This document shows, in pieces, positions 28,001-40,728 of a DNA stretch of 64,000 nucleotides (the stretch's first letter is position 1; each line of letters begins with the position of its first letter). Below the pieces are notes generated by a model. That model did not search any database. It saw only the letters and a list, made by a program, of their open reading frames with translations, and was not told the DNA's origin. The position numbers were made by a program, and so were the translations under genes. Source of the DNA: Neoechinorhynchus agilis (lineage: Eukaryota > Animalia > Acanthocephala). The stretch covers positions 15,391,480 through 15,455,479 of the forward strand of contig CM121342.1 of the NCBI GenBank assembly GCA_051530055.1, in the 5' to 3' direction.

Positions 28001-29401
28001 GTCCGATCAACTAAAGTCCGCAAAGCGTACCTCGACCTCTGATCCTATTCTACGATTGGATCTTGCTGATTTATTGATTCTACCTACTCAACGTCTTCCC
28101 CGCTATCGTCTTCTTTTACAGACAATCGACAAATACGAACGACGTATCCAACTCTGTTTGCCCAACGATGAACCGAGTCGAAAGGCTCTAGAAGCCATCA
28201 GCATAGCTCTCAAAGTTCTAGATGAAGTTATCCGAGAAGCTCAAATGTTTTTACACTTATCACACCTTGAAGGATTTCCTACTAATCAATCACTACTAAC
28301 CCTTGGAAGTCTTCTTAAACACGGTCAACTTACAGTTAAACAACTACCCATCCATCATGTAAAATCACTAGCAGCAACAGTATCAGGCACTCCGCAGGCT
28401 GTTTCGGCATTTTTGTTCACACAGGCTATTCTTTTTAGCGAGGAACATCCGTCGGAATCGCGGTTTGCTACCCCAAAATTCGTTTAGATCTGTGATGTTC
28501 ACACAAAGATCTTGGGTTTCATCTCAAATTTAAATTAATCTGAGAAAATCGTACAGATGAGATCATACGGAGGTTAAATATTTGCTTGCAGTTATCGTCG
28601 CAACTTTTCAACATTGCAATCTTGAATTAAATTATTTTCGTACAGTTATCGCTATATTTTTTATTGAAGTTAAATGAACTTAACTAGTAATTAAATTACA
28701 AGTGAGAATGATATCTCCTTTTGAGCTTTTTTTAGTTTCAAAAAGCTAAAAATCTCCCCTCTGTTTTTACCGGCGATATTATCCTTACTTTGAGTTATAC
28801 ATCAATTATTCTCGTCGAAATGTCCTCTTCGGTGCAGTAGTTACTGGATAGTTGGTTCTTCTTTTCATCCTCATGAGCATCACAGAAGTACATGTTTCAC
28901 GTTCGAATGAATCAAATTTCGTTTGAGAAATTTGTCGATTTTCCTAAAGATGTAGATTCGAAGCTTGGATTTTACCTAGAGACCGTAAGGACGCCCGATA
29001 CATCGCAGCAACAGACTCAAATCGCACTGAACTGTACGTGCTCGAGTGCAGAAGAGCGCGATAGCTGGTACTCGGTCATTTACGATCAGTTAAAAAACCA
29101 GAACGATTTCATTAGTGCGCTCACCCATCCGAATACGAAGCCAAGAACTTCGCAGGAGCAACAGAATAGTGGATCACTCCTTTCTTCGCTCACTGGATCC
29201 GTGCCCGATAGAGCAAACGTAATCGCTGATTATGTAGCTGTCAAAGAAGATGAGATATCCGTTCACGTGGGCGAAGATGTACAAATTCTAGCAGCTAATC
29301 AAGAATGCAGATTCTTTGTTCATCGTCCTGCGAACGCTCATGGACCTGCTGCTGAAGGATGGGTTCCGGGTGACATTCTATGGACTGATGGACCCGTGTA
29401 A
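13086..29401 (+). CDS. TRIO: Trio/kalirin/UNC-73-like RhoGEF: Sec14 (CRAL-TRIO), spectrin repeats, DH1-PH1, DH2-PH2, C-terminal SH3; no kinase domain seen
   Basis: VAVLSGTRD and KSDGFWQNRR (Sec14); spectrin-type EW/DW repeats; FIVAELLQTERAYVNDL and LIKPVQRITKYQLLLKDL (DH1); ELKETEREYVRQL and LILPTQRLPRYRLLL (DH2); QNDFISALTHP; VIADYVAVKEDEISV..EGWVPG (SH3). Linkage between 24503 and 26946 is ambiguous. Confidence 0.9.
28485..28890 (+). mobile_element. TA-bounded insertion with 13-bp subterminal inverted repeat in the Trio PH2 coding region (404 nt removed)
   Basis: Left end TA-GA-TCTGTGATGTTCA; right end (reverse complement) TA-CT-TCTGTGATGCTCA. Removal gives PKFVYMFHVR. An equal-length GT-AG intron at 28482-28885 gives PKFKYMFHVR. 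Confidence 0.7.
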
Positions 29402-30341
29402 TCGGTCCTTACGATGTAGGTGTAAAATTCGAAATCTCGAGTGAGTGATATGGAGCTATATTGTCGGGTATTAAAACAAGTGTATTTTTAATAATTTAGG
29501 TGATCTTATTCCTGGCTAATGGACAAGGACTATTCATGTCACTCTACAAGGATTTATAGGTATATCTTGAAAATCCCAATATTCGAGGTTTTAAACTGGT
29601 TCTGCACAAAAAATTACTCGTTGTTTTTACATAAAAGTGTAACTTGTGCTTGTTGCTCCATGATCTTTTGTAATGAGCTTAAGTTTGAAACTTACTGATA
29701 GTGCGTCTTTCCTTGAAATGTTAATACAAAAGATTTGTAAAGAAAGTATTCAAATATTTCATGTAATATGGGCTGGGACAGTTTCGGGAAAAGATTATTT
29801 CCGATGATGCCCGAAACTAAGTAACGATATCGATCGGAACTAAACAGCTTCATTCATTGGATAGACGCAGATTATCTACAATACTTAATGACATTTTCAT
29901 CATAGTACAATAAGAAAATAGTTTCTGGATCTTCCTTATAAAAACAAGATATCTAAAATAACATCGTGGTTTTTCACGCATATTTATAACTGTGCGACTT
30001 ATCTCACAAGAGAGAAAAAACACTCGAGATACTTAGCGGATTGAAAAAGTCAATTTTGTACTTATTTCAAAAGCTAAGATAAACCATCGGACCAGGATTT
30101 ATATGCTGTCAATATGAAAACTATCAAACACTTGCAGATTTTCAACTGAAACTCAAAGCCCACAGAACTAAATCATTTGTATGAAAGCGGATCATAGTTT
30201 GGGTACCTATTGATTCACCTTTATTTACAAATCCATTAAATACATCGCTACTATTTTCAAGACAATGAAGCGGTTTACTTGAGCAACTCAAATCTCTATA
30301 AGTACATAGTTACAGTCCAGTTTCCATAGCAACTACTATCA

Positions 30342-31084
30342 TTGCTATTATCTACCTTTAATATTCTTCCCAAAATGCCTTTAGCGATAAAAGTTTCAAG
30401 TTGTGCATTTAACGAGATTATCCGTTTAGCGATCGAGACGAATTGTGATATCTTAAAGGTATATAAAGATATCGATCGAGAGATTAGGTTAATAGAAGAC
30501 ACTTCAATTAGAGCGATAAATAACTTTAGCATGAATTTTCGACCAGAACTGGTTGAACTCGAAAGGAAAATTCGCCTTCTTGATTGCTCTGAGGTTCGAC
30601 TGGCAATGGAGAGAGTGCGATACCCTAAAAGAGGGATTTGTTACCACCGGGAAAAGAAAGGATCTTGGGTCCGAATACGATCCATTCTTTTTTACCATAT
30701 CCACTCAGTATATGTGACGAACTGAAAAATTTTAAAAGTCTTGTAAAAGCATGTTTTGGGGTTGAAGAACTACAAGGCAGAGATGACAACGCGAAAAGGG
30801 AGGAGAGGAGCACAACAAAAAGTATTTCGGAAAAGGCTAAGAGAAAAGTAGCTAACAGTTTTCAAAATTTACTAATTCATCTAGACTTATTTGTTGCATA
30901 CAGCTCGTCTGTCAGGACCTTGGGCGATTCCGGATCTCTGATGATTATCGTTGCCAATTGTCTACTTGAAACGAGATGCGTATATGCACAGTTAAAGATT
31001 CTCAACAAACGTCTCAAAAAGCCGAGTGAAAAGGATGTTTCTTCTTTCAAAAAAATCGACAAAAAATACACATCGTTTTTGTGA
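30342..31084 (+). CDS. Hypothetical orphan protein, probably two or more exons
   Basis: ORFs 30342-30725 and 30638-31084 can be joined in phase 0 by a 38-nt GTTCGA..CTAAAAG intron. No recognised domain. Confidence 0.45.
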
Positions 31085-31615
31085 TTTAATTTACGTTATT
31101 ATTCGGAATATATGCCGAAACTGACTTATTATGATACGGAAACGTAAATGAGAGCATGTGAAATTTAAAAACATTTTTATGTTCACCTTTGCAGTTCATA
31201 ATACGCTGATAGAGTATTATTTTCACATTCTCACTTTAGAAATATATTGCATAAAACCTTTAATGTGTGCAGTTAGTTTTTTTTACCACCATTGGCATCG
31301 GAAATTGGCTTCAGGGTAGTAGCATTTGAATACTCAGTTTGACCTATCACGATTAGCACAGCCCTCTAGTTTTATGGATGAAACTCGTGACATCTTAGGA
31401 AAAATCAATGACATAACAAACCCATCAAGAATCATTTTCGGAATTACACGGACTTCAACATTTATGGTCCCTCGGTGTTAATCTAAAAAATTGTCAAGAA
31501 GTGTAAACGTCCGACGGCGTCTCGCTGTACAGGTGGGGGCACATCTCTTTATATTTAAACTTAAAGTGTGCGCTAGATTAACGGACCTTTACAAACTAAC
31601 AACACATCTTCATCG

Positions 31616-33766
31616 ATGATGGTTGAAAAAGGCTAGTTGCTCGAAAATGTAGCTGTTACGATTCTTGAACTTTAGTGAAACTTTTGCCATCTTGGCGATT
31701 TTGTGTTACACTCATATGCGCTTCGTCGATAAGTATGATGTTCATTCATAGATTAAACATTTCCTATACGAGGAAATGTATGCTAAATACCAACGCTACC
31801 AACTTAAAAGACATCACTGTAAGTCTTTGGTTCAATTTCCACATTATTTTTGTTCTTGATTAAGACTGGAAGTCTTAACTGGTCTACCATACAAATAAAC
31901 TATTTGGCGTCCGCAGTACTTTACGGTTACGCATTTTCGCAAATACCCGGCGCAATGGTAACTCAATATATTGGACCATATTTAACCGGCGCAATCGCAC
32001 ATGGTTCGCTGGCATCAATCGCTTTTCTATTTCCAGTGATTGCGACAATTCACCTTTATTTGGCAATATTTTCACATGTCCTGATTGGCGTTAGCGCAGT
32101 AGGTGCCGTTCTTGTGTTCAACGTCTCTTATCTAATTGCTCAGAGCTTAATTTTATCTGCAACTCTTCGTATTATGTCACGATGGGTCATACAATCCGAA
32201 AAAGGAATTCTATTTGGAATTTTCGGAGCTGGTTTGTATTTTTTTTAAGGATCTCTTCAGATTTTCTTCAAAATAGGTCCGTTTACTGGTATTCTACTTA
32301 TGATTCCTTTATCCGTCGAATCGTGCATGCTTGCATCTCATACTTCTTGGAATATTGCTTTTTATATCGCAGGTTGGTTTATTTTCTTAACCGGTTATGT
32401 TGCATCATTGACGCCGAACCGAGAAATAATTTGCGGGTATAGTAAAAAATAAAATTTATAAATGACGAATCGAAATTTTTTACTGAAGACCACAAAATCT
32501 GATAGTTCAACGTCGAATTTTTAAATGCAGCCTCCCGTCAAAGCGAAAAGGTCAACGAAACTATGTGTAATGCTAGTCTAGACAAAACGCCACAAATACT
32601 AAGTCTTCATTCCGATAGGCCTCTAATAAAAATACCATATTAAACATTGTCTCAATTCAAGGTGGTTGTGGTCTAACAATGCTGGTTGCGTGGATACTTT
32701 GTGTGCGTTCTCATCCGGATGATCATTTTTGTATTAGCCAAGTTGAACGGAAATATATAAACGATAACGTAACCGATAGGGCAGATCCAGAGGTAAGTGC
32801 CTTTCCGTTTATTTCATTATTAATCTGCAAATCACCAGAATATTCCATGGCTACGAATAATTCGAAATAAACGCTGCCTTGGATTCTTTATTGCTCACGG
32901 CTTCACGGATTTTTCAACATTCGTTCTCATCCTATTTGCAGGTGACATATTACGTGAACGCTCAAGAGGATACCACAGCTTAAGAGAGGTAATCAAAGAC
33001 AGGCGAATGCGAATCATCGGCAAACTCGCTTCAGACCGAGTACCCATTTATAACATACTGGGGGGCAATGATTATATGCACGCCGTTATACGGGTCACTG
33101 TTCGATTTTCTATGTAACCGGGGATATTTAAGCAAATTATATTGCAGGAGATTATTCTTCGGTATCGGTAAGTGTCCTTGATTTAAATGGCAATCTATAA
33201 GTATCGTCGTGAAAATAAAAGGAACGCTGATTCCGGCTGCAATGGCAATTGCACTTTCATTAATCAATACCGAAGAAATAACTGGATCGATAATTGTACT
33301 TTTCATTTGGTTTTCGGCTATGTACTAATTTTTATATTGCGCTTTTTTACTTTATCAATTAAGTGGAGCCAATCACGGTGCAGGAATCTATGTGTCTCCA
33401 ATGGATATGGCACCCGCGTTCCCGGACTCATTTTGGAGCATATCCAACACATTGGCGAATTGTGTAGGTACTGGAGCAACCTTTTTAAAAAACGCTCTTG
33501 ATGGAATGGTCAGTTTCTGAATTAATCCATTTTAATTTATCAAAGCAAAACTTCGGAAGGAAGCTGGATGGAAAGTATTGACGTACCTATGTTCGGGATG
33601 CTATGTAATAGCATTTACTCTGTCCTGGATATTTGCGACGGTGGATGAAATTAACTTTTCAACTCATAAAGTTTCTGTTACGGAGCTTGCAAACTTGGCG
33701 GAACGAAGAGCACCACTGGCGGAACCAGAGAATACCTCCCTTTCGGATGATACAAGTGAAAAATAA
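31616..33766 (+). CDS. SLC17 (sialin/anion:cation symporter, MFS) paralog 1
   Basis: Spliced product contains SQIPGAM, RW...EKG, IPWLRII and DMAPAFPDSFWSISNTLAN (cf. SLC17 D.AP.YAG.L.GISNT). First coding intron is GC-AG. Confidence 0.85.
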
Positions 33767-34421
33767 TAAATATTTATCGAGATTTAGCTGGGGTTATTGC
33801 AGCAATTCTATTGCGTTCGCTGAGTGTTTACTGTTTAGTTATTCTAATTAAGGCGTATTGTAGGTCTTTTATCAGTTTTGCTGAGAATGTGTCCCCCTCG
33901 CAGAAAATGCACTTAAATCTTTTATATGTATTGTTTTGTTTATTTTTTCATACTGTGAAAATTTATCACATGTTTTTTAAATATCCAAGCGCTCAAAGTT
34001 CCGATGGGAATATTATGACATTTAATGTCAAGTTATCGCAAATACATGATAATTTTCATAGCAAACTGGTTAATATTCGCTCAAAAACATTACACAGGAG
34101 TGAAAATTTATTATTACTAAAATTCCATTATTGGGTCTAGCATTTTAATATTTTGGGCGCAAAAAAGAAAGGATCAGCCCTATTTCAATTTCTATTTCAG
34201 ATTTTCTTTTTAATTATTGCAAAGACAATTTTAGCGCAATTAAATACAAATTGTACATACTGATTGAAAATATTTTCGATGAAAATCTGTTAGCTTTCTA
34301 CGTTGCTGTATTGATGTTGCACACTGGTTTAGAAGTTATTTCCACTCATCCGTGAAAAACTGTCACAAGTTTTCGACATAAACTACGTTGGACGAGTCTC
34401 GGACGTAGAAAAGAGGGCCAC

Positions 34422-36694
34422 ATGAATGTCAAGGATTTTCGAACAGTTTCAAACGAACTAAACGTCCCCCACGCAAATGGTTGCACAAGGTTAGCTTTTC
34501 CTCGCAAAAAGATATTATGTTCATTAAAATTGATTCAGCCCGTCTTTTTCCTTCCTGGCGTTTTTGCATAACTCTGATGTGCTGCCTTTCGATAACTCTA
34601 ATGTTCATACACCGAATGAACATTTCTCATACTTGGCGATGTATGTTAAATACAACTATGGATAACACATCGACCGAATTTGTGAGTTCCTTTCACAATT
34701 TTGTATTCTAAACCGTTTCTTAGGCTAACAAGTTTGGAACACTTGATTGGTCAAGAAAGGATATAGATATTGTGACCTCTGCAAATCTTTATGGGTATGC
34801 ACTGACACAAATTGCGGCATCCATGGTAACTGAATACTTCGGAGCATTTGCGACTGGACTGATCGCTCATGGACTGCTCTCGTCCATTTCTTGTCTTTTT
34901 CCAATTATCGCAAGTGTCCATCTTTATCTTGCCATATTTTCCAATGTACTCATTGGCTTAGGTGCTGTGAGTATTATCAGTGTACTGACGCTCAACCACT
35001 ATATTTAGTAATATTTTTGCGTTTAGAGTATGATTCTGGCATCAACATTTCGCATTATGTCACAATGGACCGTTAAGAAGGAGAAAGGCATTTTATGCGG
35101 GATTTTTGGAGCTGGTTTGTACACTTAGATGAATTGCAAAAATTGACAGCGATAATAGGTTCATTCATCGGAATAATGCTAACTATTCCATTATCGATAG
35201 AAAGTTGTTTACTTAAATCAAGCAGCTCGTGGCAACTAGCCTTCTACATCCCAGGTTTGTCCATCAACGGGATTTTCATCTTTATTTAATATCCATAAGT
35301 ATGAAAGCCTTTTGCCATCACGAGCACGCTTAAAGGACATCAAATGTTTTTTATCGCCTGTAGATTTCAAACTTTGCAAAGATTAAGGTACTTTGGTTGT
35401 GTCCGACTATTGAAACCTTCAAGAATGAATAATCAAGGACAAATTTATCATAAAAATAATTGGCATGTCCATTAACAAAAAATGGATAATTACGCAAAGG
35501 AAGCAATCCAGAAAATTGTAAACAGTCTTGATTTTTCACGTGTAAATGATCATCCAATTTTATTCGTCTTCCAAAATAGTGTTTTATGATACTTTTTTAA
35601 TTTTATCTTTTAATAACCTTGTAGGTGGATGCAACCTTCTCTTCATGATGTTTTGGATAATTTGTGTGCGTTCACATCCGGATACGCACCCTTTTATGGG
35701 CAAAAGGGAAGAAGCTTATTTAAAGGAAAACCGAGTAGAATCCGTTCATCTTGGGGCACGTAGCTTGTCACATGTTTCATACCGTTCATCGCTGCAAATT
35801 ATAGAAAATACCGTGGGTTTCCATACTTCGGAACAAGCACTGTCTTGGATTCTTTGCTTCTCACGTGTTTAATGACTTTTCCACATATATATTGATATTT
35901 TTCTCAACTGATCTGCTTCGCCGACGATCCAGTGGATATCGAAGCTTAAGAGAGGTGATACAACACTAATGAAACGATAGATACACTAATAAATTTAAGA
36001 TTGGCTATCCATTCATTACGTATTGGACTGCGGTTATTGTGTGGACTCCATTGTTTGGAATATTTTTCGATTTTCTTCAAAACCGCAGATATTTATACAA
36101 GCTAAATTGCCGAAGATTGTTTGTTGGGATAGGTATGTTTTTATTTAATGAAGATATTTAAAATTATGATTCAAAAGGAACACTTGTTCCAGCAACGATG
36201 GCAATCGCTTTGGCATCCATGAGTGAAGAAGAAATAACTGGATCAATAATAGCTTTACTTGTCTGGTTTTCCGCGATGTACGGTTTTTGTTATTTCATGT
36301 ATAGACTAAAATCTTATAATTTTTAGTGGAGCCAATCACGGCGCGGGAATGTACGTAAGTCCGATAGACATGGCACCCGCGTTTCCGGACTCATTTTGGA
36401 GCATATCAAACACATTGGCGAATTGTGTAGCGCCGTTGTCAGTATACCTGAACTCTTTTCTCCAAGAGAAGGTTAAAGCGTGAAAGTTTTGACTAAACTA
36501 TAAAAAAAATGACACAGGATGAAGGATGGAAAATAATGATATTTGTATGCGCTGGATGTTACATCGTTGCATTCACGATTTTCTGCCTGTTTGCAACTGT
36601 TGATGAAATCAAGTTCTCGAGCCAAAAAGACACGGGAAATCCTACGGTGATAACAAAAGCGTCAGTGGCTGAAGAGAAGGATTTTACAATTTGA
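34422..36694 (+). CDS. SLC17 paralog 2
   Basis: Same exon structure and motifs as paralog 1 (KIPWVSIL, DMAPAFPDSFWSISNTLANC); one GC-AG intron at 35756-35804. Confidence 0.85.
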
Positions 36695-37864
36695 ATGTTT
36701 TTAAGACTGAAACAAATTGGTTTGAGCCTAGAGTATTTAGATTAACCTTATAATTTAAGTCACAATGCATTCTTTAAATATTCATATTATGCAACTTTCA
36801 ACTTACCACCCATACTCTTTGCAATTTAAGAAAGCAATGCGCTCTTATACACTGATTCAACTTTCATATCTTTTGGGCTCTAACGTAGTATTCGTCATTT
36901 ACCACGGGCAGTTCATTATCGAGCCGTCTATGCTTAAGCTGAGTAAAATGTCCAAATATTTCCGACAAAAGCTAGCAATCTAATATGTTTTAAAAATTCT
37001 AGATGCATCTACTCGTGAGCTTTAAAAGTAAGACGTGAGTGCCTACTGTCAACGTTCCATTCATATTTAAAATGTCACTGAGGATCAAATGTTTCATTGG
37101 TGGATTAAAAACGATATTTTTAGCAGTGCTGGTGTAAACTTCCTTTGGCAAAATGAGAGCCAAACAATTAGGAATGCGATATTCTTTTATGCTTAAATCG
37201 TTCAAAAAAATCGCAAGCTGATGAATTTCTAAATGTTTTAAGTCTTGGAAGGTTTTGCTTCAAAAAATAGGATGTCAACATTCACGAAACAATTAAGTAT
37301 TTCTCATCCGAAGATAAAAATTGGAAGCTCACGTAAATTTAATACAGATATATGACTGCAATATTTTAATTACAGTGCAATGTCGATTATGCGAACGTCA
37401 ACTACCCGGAACCGAATGCTGTCCTACTCAGCTTCTGTCACTCACGAGAATCAGAGACATCGCAGCCAACAAACGAAGGTGTACAGTGTTACAGACGAAA
37501 AAATAGTGATAATTCTCCCAAATTGTGCTTTTTAAACAACTTCCCCACATATTGAATGGTGTCCGGTTTCAATTAGTTCAGAGAAGCGACGTTCTATTTT
37601 GGTTGAAAAGCGTTTCTCGCCCGCATTTTTATTTGCGATGAAGACGGATCTCGAATAGTTAAACTGAATTTAGTACTGAACGACTTTCGCTCTTAGTAAT
37701 ATTCATGCGAAAATCAAATTGTTGACGGTAAGAACTCCCGTTTCCAAAAGACGGAGGGGCAATAGTTTTTGTTACTCATCCGTTAACTCTTGTCAAAAAA
37801 CTCAATTGCCGTCGGACAGGGTTTCGTGTAACAGACAGGGGCATTTTCTTACTATAAAACAAAG

Positions 37865-39881
37865 ATATATTACGAGATTTGCGAACTGTTTCAAACAACC
37901 TGCACGTCCTCGTTTCAACGATGATTGCAAGAGGTTAGTTTGTTGGAAACTTATGACTCCAATTTCGCTTTGCAAAATTTTTCAGTGCCACTTCTACTCT
38001 CCCTCAGATTCTGCATAACGGTCATATGTACTTTATCATTGTCAATGATGATTGTCCAAAGATTAAACATTTCCTATACAAAGAGTTGCATGTTGAGCAT
38101 TTCAACAAATAATCTCTCAAACGACAGTGAAGCGATTGGTACATTATCTGGAACCCTTGATTGGTCAGAAGAAGATATAAACCACTTAGCGTCTGCAAAT
38201 CTCTATGCATATGCTTTATCGCAAATCCCGGCCGCCGTAGTTGTCCAATTAATAGGACCTTACTTTACTGGAATGATTGCCCATGGACTGCTATCTTGTA
38301 TTCCATTCCTATTTCCGGTCATTGCAAATTTTAACTTTCATCTCGCGATGTTCGCTCATATTCTGATTGGCATTAACTCTGTGAGTATTGCTATCGAAAT
38401 AGAAGTCAGCATATTTTAGTACTATTCTTAAGAGTTTGATATTGTGTGCTACGTTGCGTATTATGTCGCGATGGGTGGTTAAAACGGAAAAGGGAATTCT
38501 ATTCGGAATATTCGGAACAGGTTCGTTTCTCATACTGAAATCACAGATTTTGATTTTCTTTAGGTTCATTCATTGGCATAATGCTCACGATCCCTATTTC
38601 GGTTGAAACTTGCATGCTTGGCTCACTTACATCGTGGCATTCGGTCTTCTACATCACAGGTATGAGAGCAGTCTTTGTAGAACACATTGAGAAATACCGA
38701 TTTTGAGCGATTGTCGAGTTACCGAAACAATCGCTAATTCGGGATTCTCTTCAATGTTCGTCTATTATTGACATTAGTGCTCACTGAGATTAAAGGTGGT
38801 TGCAGTTCCCTCCTACTGCTGTTGTGGTTACTCATTGTACGTACACATCCGTTAAGTCATCCGTGCACGTCCAAAGAAGAGAAAGCATTTTTAAAAGAAA
38901 ATCAAGTCGTATTGAAAGAGCCCGAAGTAAGCATTATAACTCAGCCAACTGTGATCACTGATTTTTGATTTTAAGAGCATTCCCTGGCTGTCGATCCTTC
39001 GGAACAAGCATTGTATAGGATTTTTTGTAGCCCATGCATGTGTAGAATGTGCTACCTATAATCTAGTCTACTTCGCTGGCGAACTGCTTCGCGAAAGATC
39101 AAGCGGGTATCGAAGTCTTAGAGAGGTATAAAATGTTGTTTTTCAAATGTTGTCTTAAATCGATTTTATTATAGATTCAGTACCCATTTATAACGTATTG
39201 GGCTGCATTAGTTGCATGCACTCCTTGTTACGGCATGTTGTTCGACTTTATTCAAAAACATCAATACTTAAGCAAAATAAATAGCCGACGACTATTTGTT
39301 GGAATAGGTAGATCGATATTTTCACAACGATTTTTAAAAATATACTTTTAGGAACTTTGATTCCGGGCGCGATGGCAATCATTTTTGCTAGTATTAACAA
39401 AACAGTCGTCACAGAAACGTTCATAGTCTTCATCGTGTGGTTCTGCGCACTGTACGGTACCAGTTTATGTCTTTCTCACTTATCTCTGTTCTAAGTGCAG
39501 TGGAGCCAATTACGGAGCTGGAATGTTTGTGAGCTTTGTGGACATGATGCCACTTTTTCCAGACTCATTTTCGAGCATTTCCAACACCCTAGCTAACTTG
39601 GCGGTTCCAACAGCCAATTTTCTGGATAATTATCTCAAAACATCGGTAAGATACTTCGAAAATTTTGATTCCATTCTTCGTTTGCACTTTAGAAATCGAG
39701 GCGCATCATAATGATGTATGTGAGCGCTGGATGCTATTTTTGTGCATTCGTGCTATTTTGCTTATTTGCTACTGGCGAACAAATCAAATTCACAGACAAC
39801 AATATTCAAAGACCAATACAAATTGTTTCATTGACAGGAGACAAGGAGACACGCTTGACCAAAGAAGAGGATTCAATCTGA
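37865..39881 (+). CDS. SLC17 paralog 3 (exact start uncertain)
   Basis: Homologous exons (SQIPAAV, SIPWLSIL, DMMPLFPDSFSSISNTLAN); stop TGA at 39879-39881. Confidence 0.85.
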
Positions 39882-40237
39882 ATGATCGTGATTTCCATTA
39901 AATGGGCTTGTGATCGAGAATGTGAGGAGTTAAAACAATCTTAATAGTAGACGCACGAAGCAAAGTATCCATCTACATTGACTTTTGCATAAAATGGGTT
40001 GAAGAAATCCATTTGATGTCCCCTATGTCCTATCTTGGCGTTTTCTTATTATGTCTAGACTTCTATGGTTAAAAGAACGAACTCCAAAATTGCGATTTAA
40101 ATGCTCATGACATTTAAATATTGTAAAAAAAGTGCCGTTAGGCCACTTTCGTTGAACTTAACCGTCGGCTTTTTGATTGATTTAAAGCGTTTCTAGCAAC
40201 TATTCGATGTGAACTTTCAGAATCTCGGAGCAGAAAT

Positions 40238-40369
40238 GATTCACACCACCGCTCTGGATCACACAGCTGCCGTCCTGGTGTAACGGTTGAAAGGACGAAT
40301 GCGGCGCCCCTCGTTGCACAACCAGACTGAGATTTTGTAGGAAGACTGCTTCTTATCTCGGATCGCCAG
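40238..40369 (-). mobile_element. CRE-like non-LTR retrotransposon 3' fragment, family B
   Basis: Shares CCACCGCTCTGGATCA..CAGCTGCCGTC..AAAGGACG..CCCCTCGTTGCACA..TTTTGTAGGA with the copies at 56441 and 60431. Confidence 0.75.
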
Positions 40370-40728
40370 AGAAAAGCAAATGAAAATGCCATCGTGGTTA
40401 CGGCAGCGATGTTTTCTCACCGACTGAAATCATTAATGATAATTTTTGTGAAGCAAACCTAATACTTCGAACAAAAAATTGATCAACGAGGCAATACTGC
40501 TAGCGTGATAGCGACAGCCGAGGAAGGAGAATAGCTCCGATTTTGCGGACGGTGGTGACAAAAATCTTATGTTAAAGCTTAAACGGCATTTCAATCTCAA
40601 AAATTGATTTCGAGAAAAGTGTTCAAAAGTTCAGGACGATTATAAGAGTTCGAATAATATTGCAATTTCAAGTATAAGTGCATATATGGCCCAAGACTAA
40701 ATAAATTTATTAGTGCAAAGCCTCAAAT

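Noticed and set aside
30640-30700. 12-bp inverted repeat (AAAGAAAGGATC/GATCCATTCTTT) between two TTACCA direct repeats in the orphan gene
   Set aside because: TA-to-TA removal stays in the same frame and does not join the two ORFs; a 38-nt GT-AG intron explains the gene.
37321-37506. CRLCERQL possible BED zinc finger
   Set aside because: Lacks the downstream His residues and any hAT transposase sequence.
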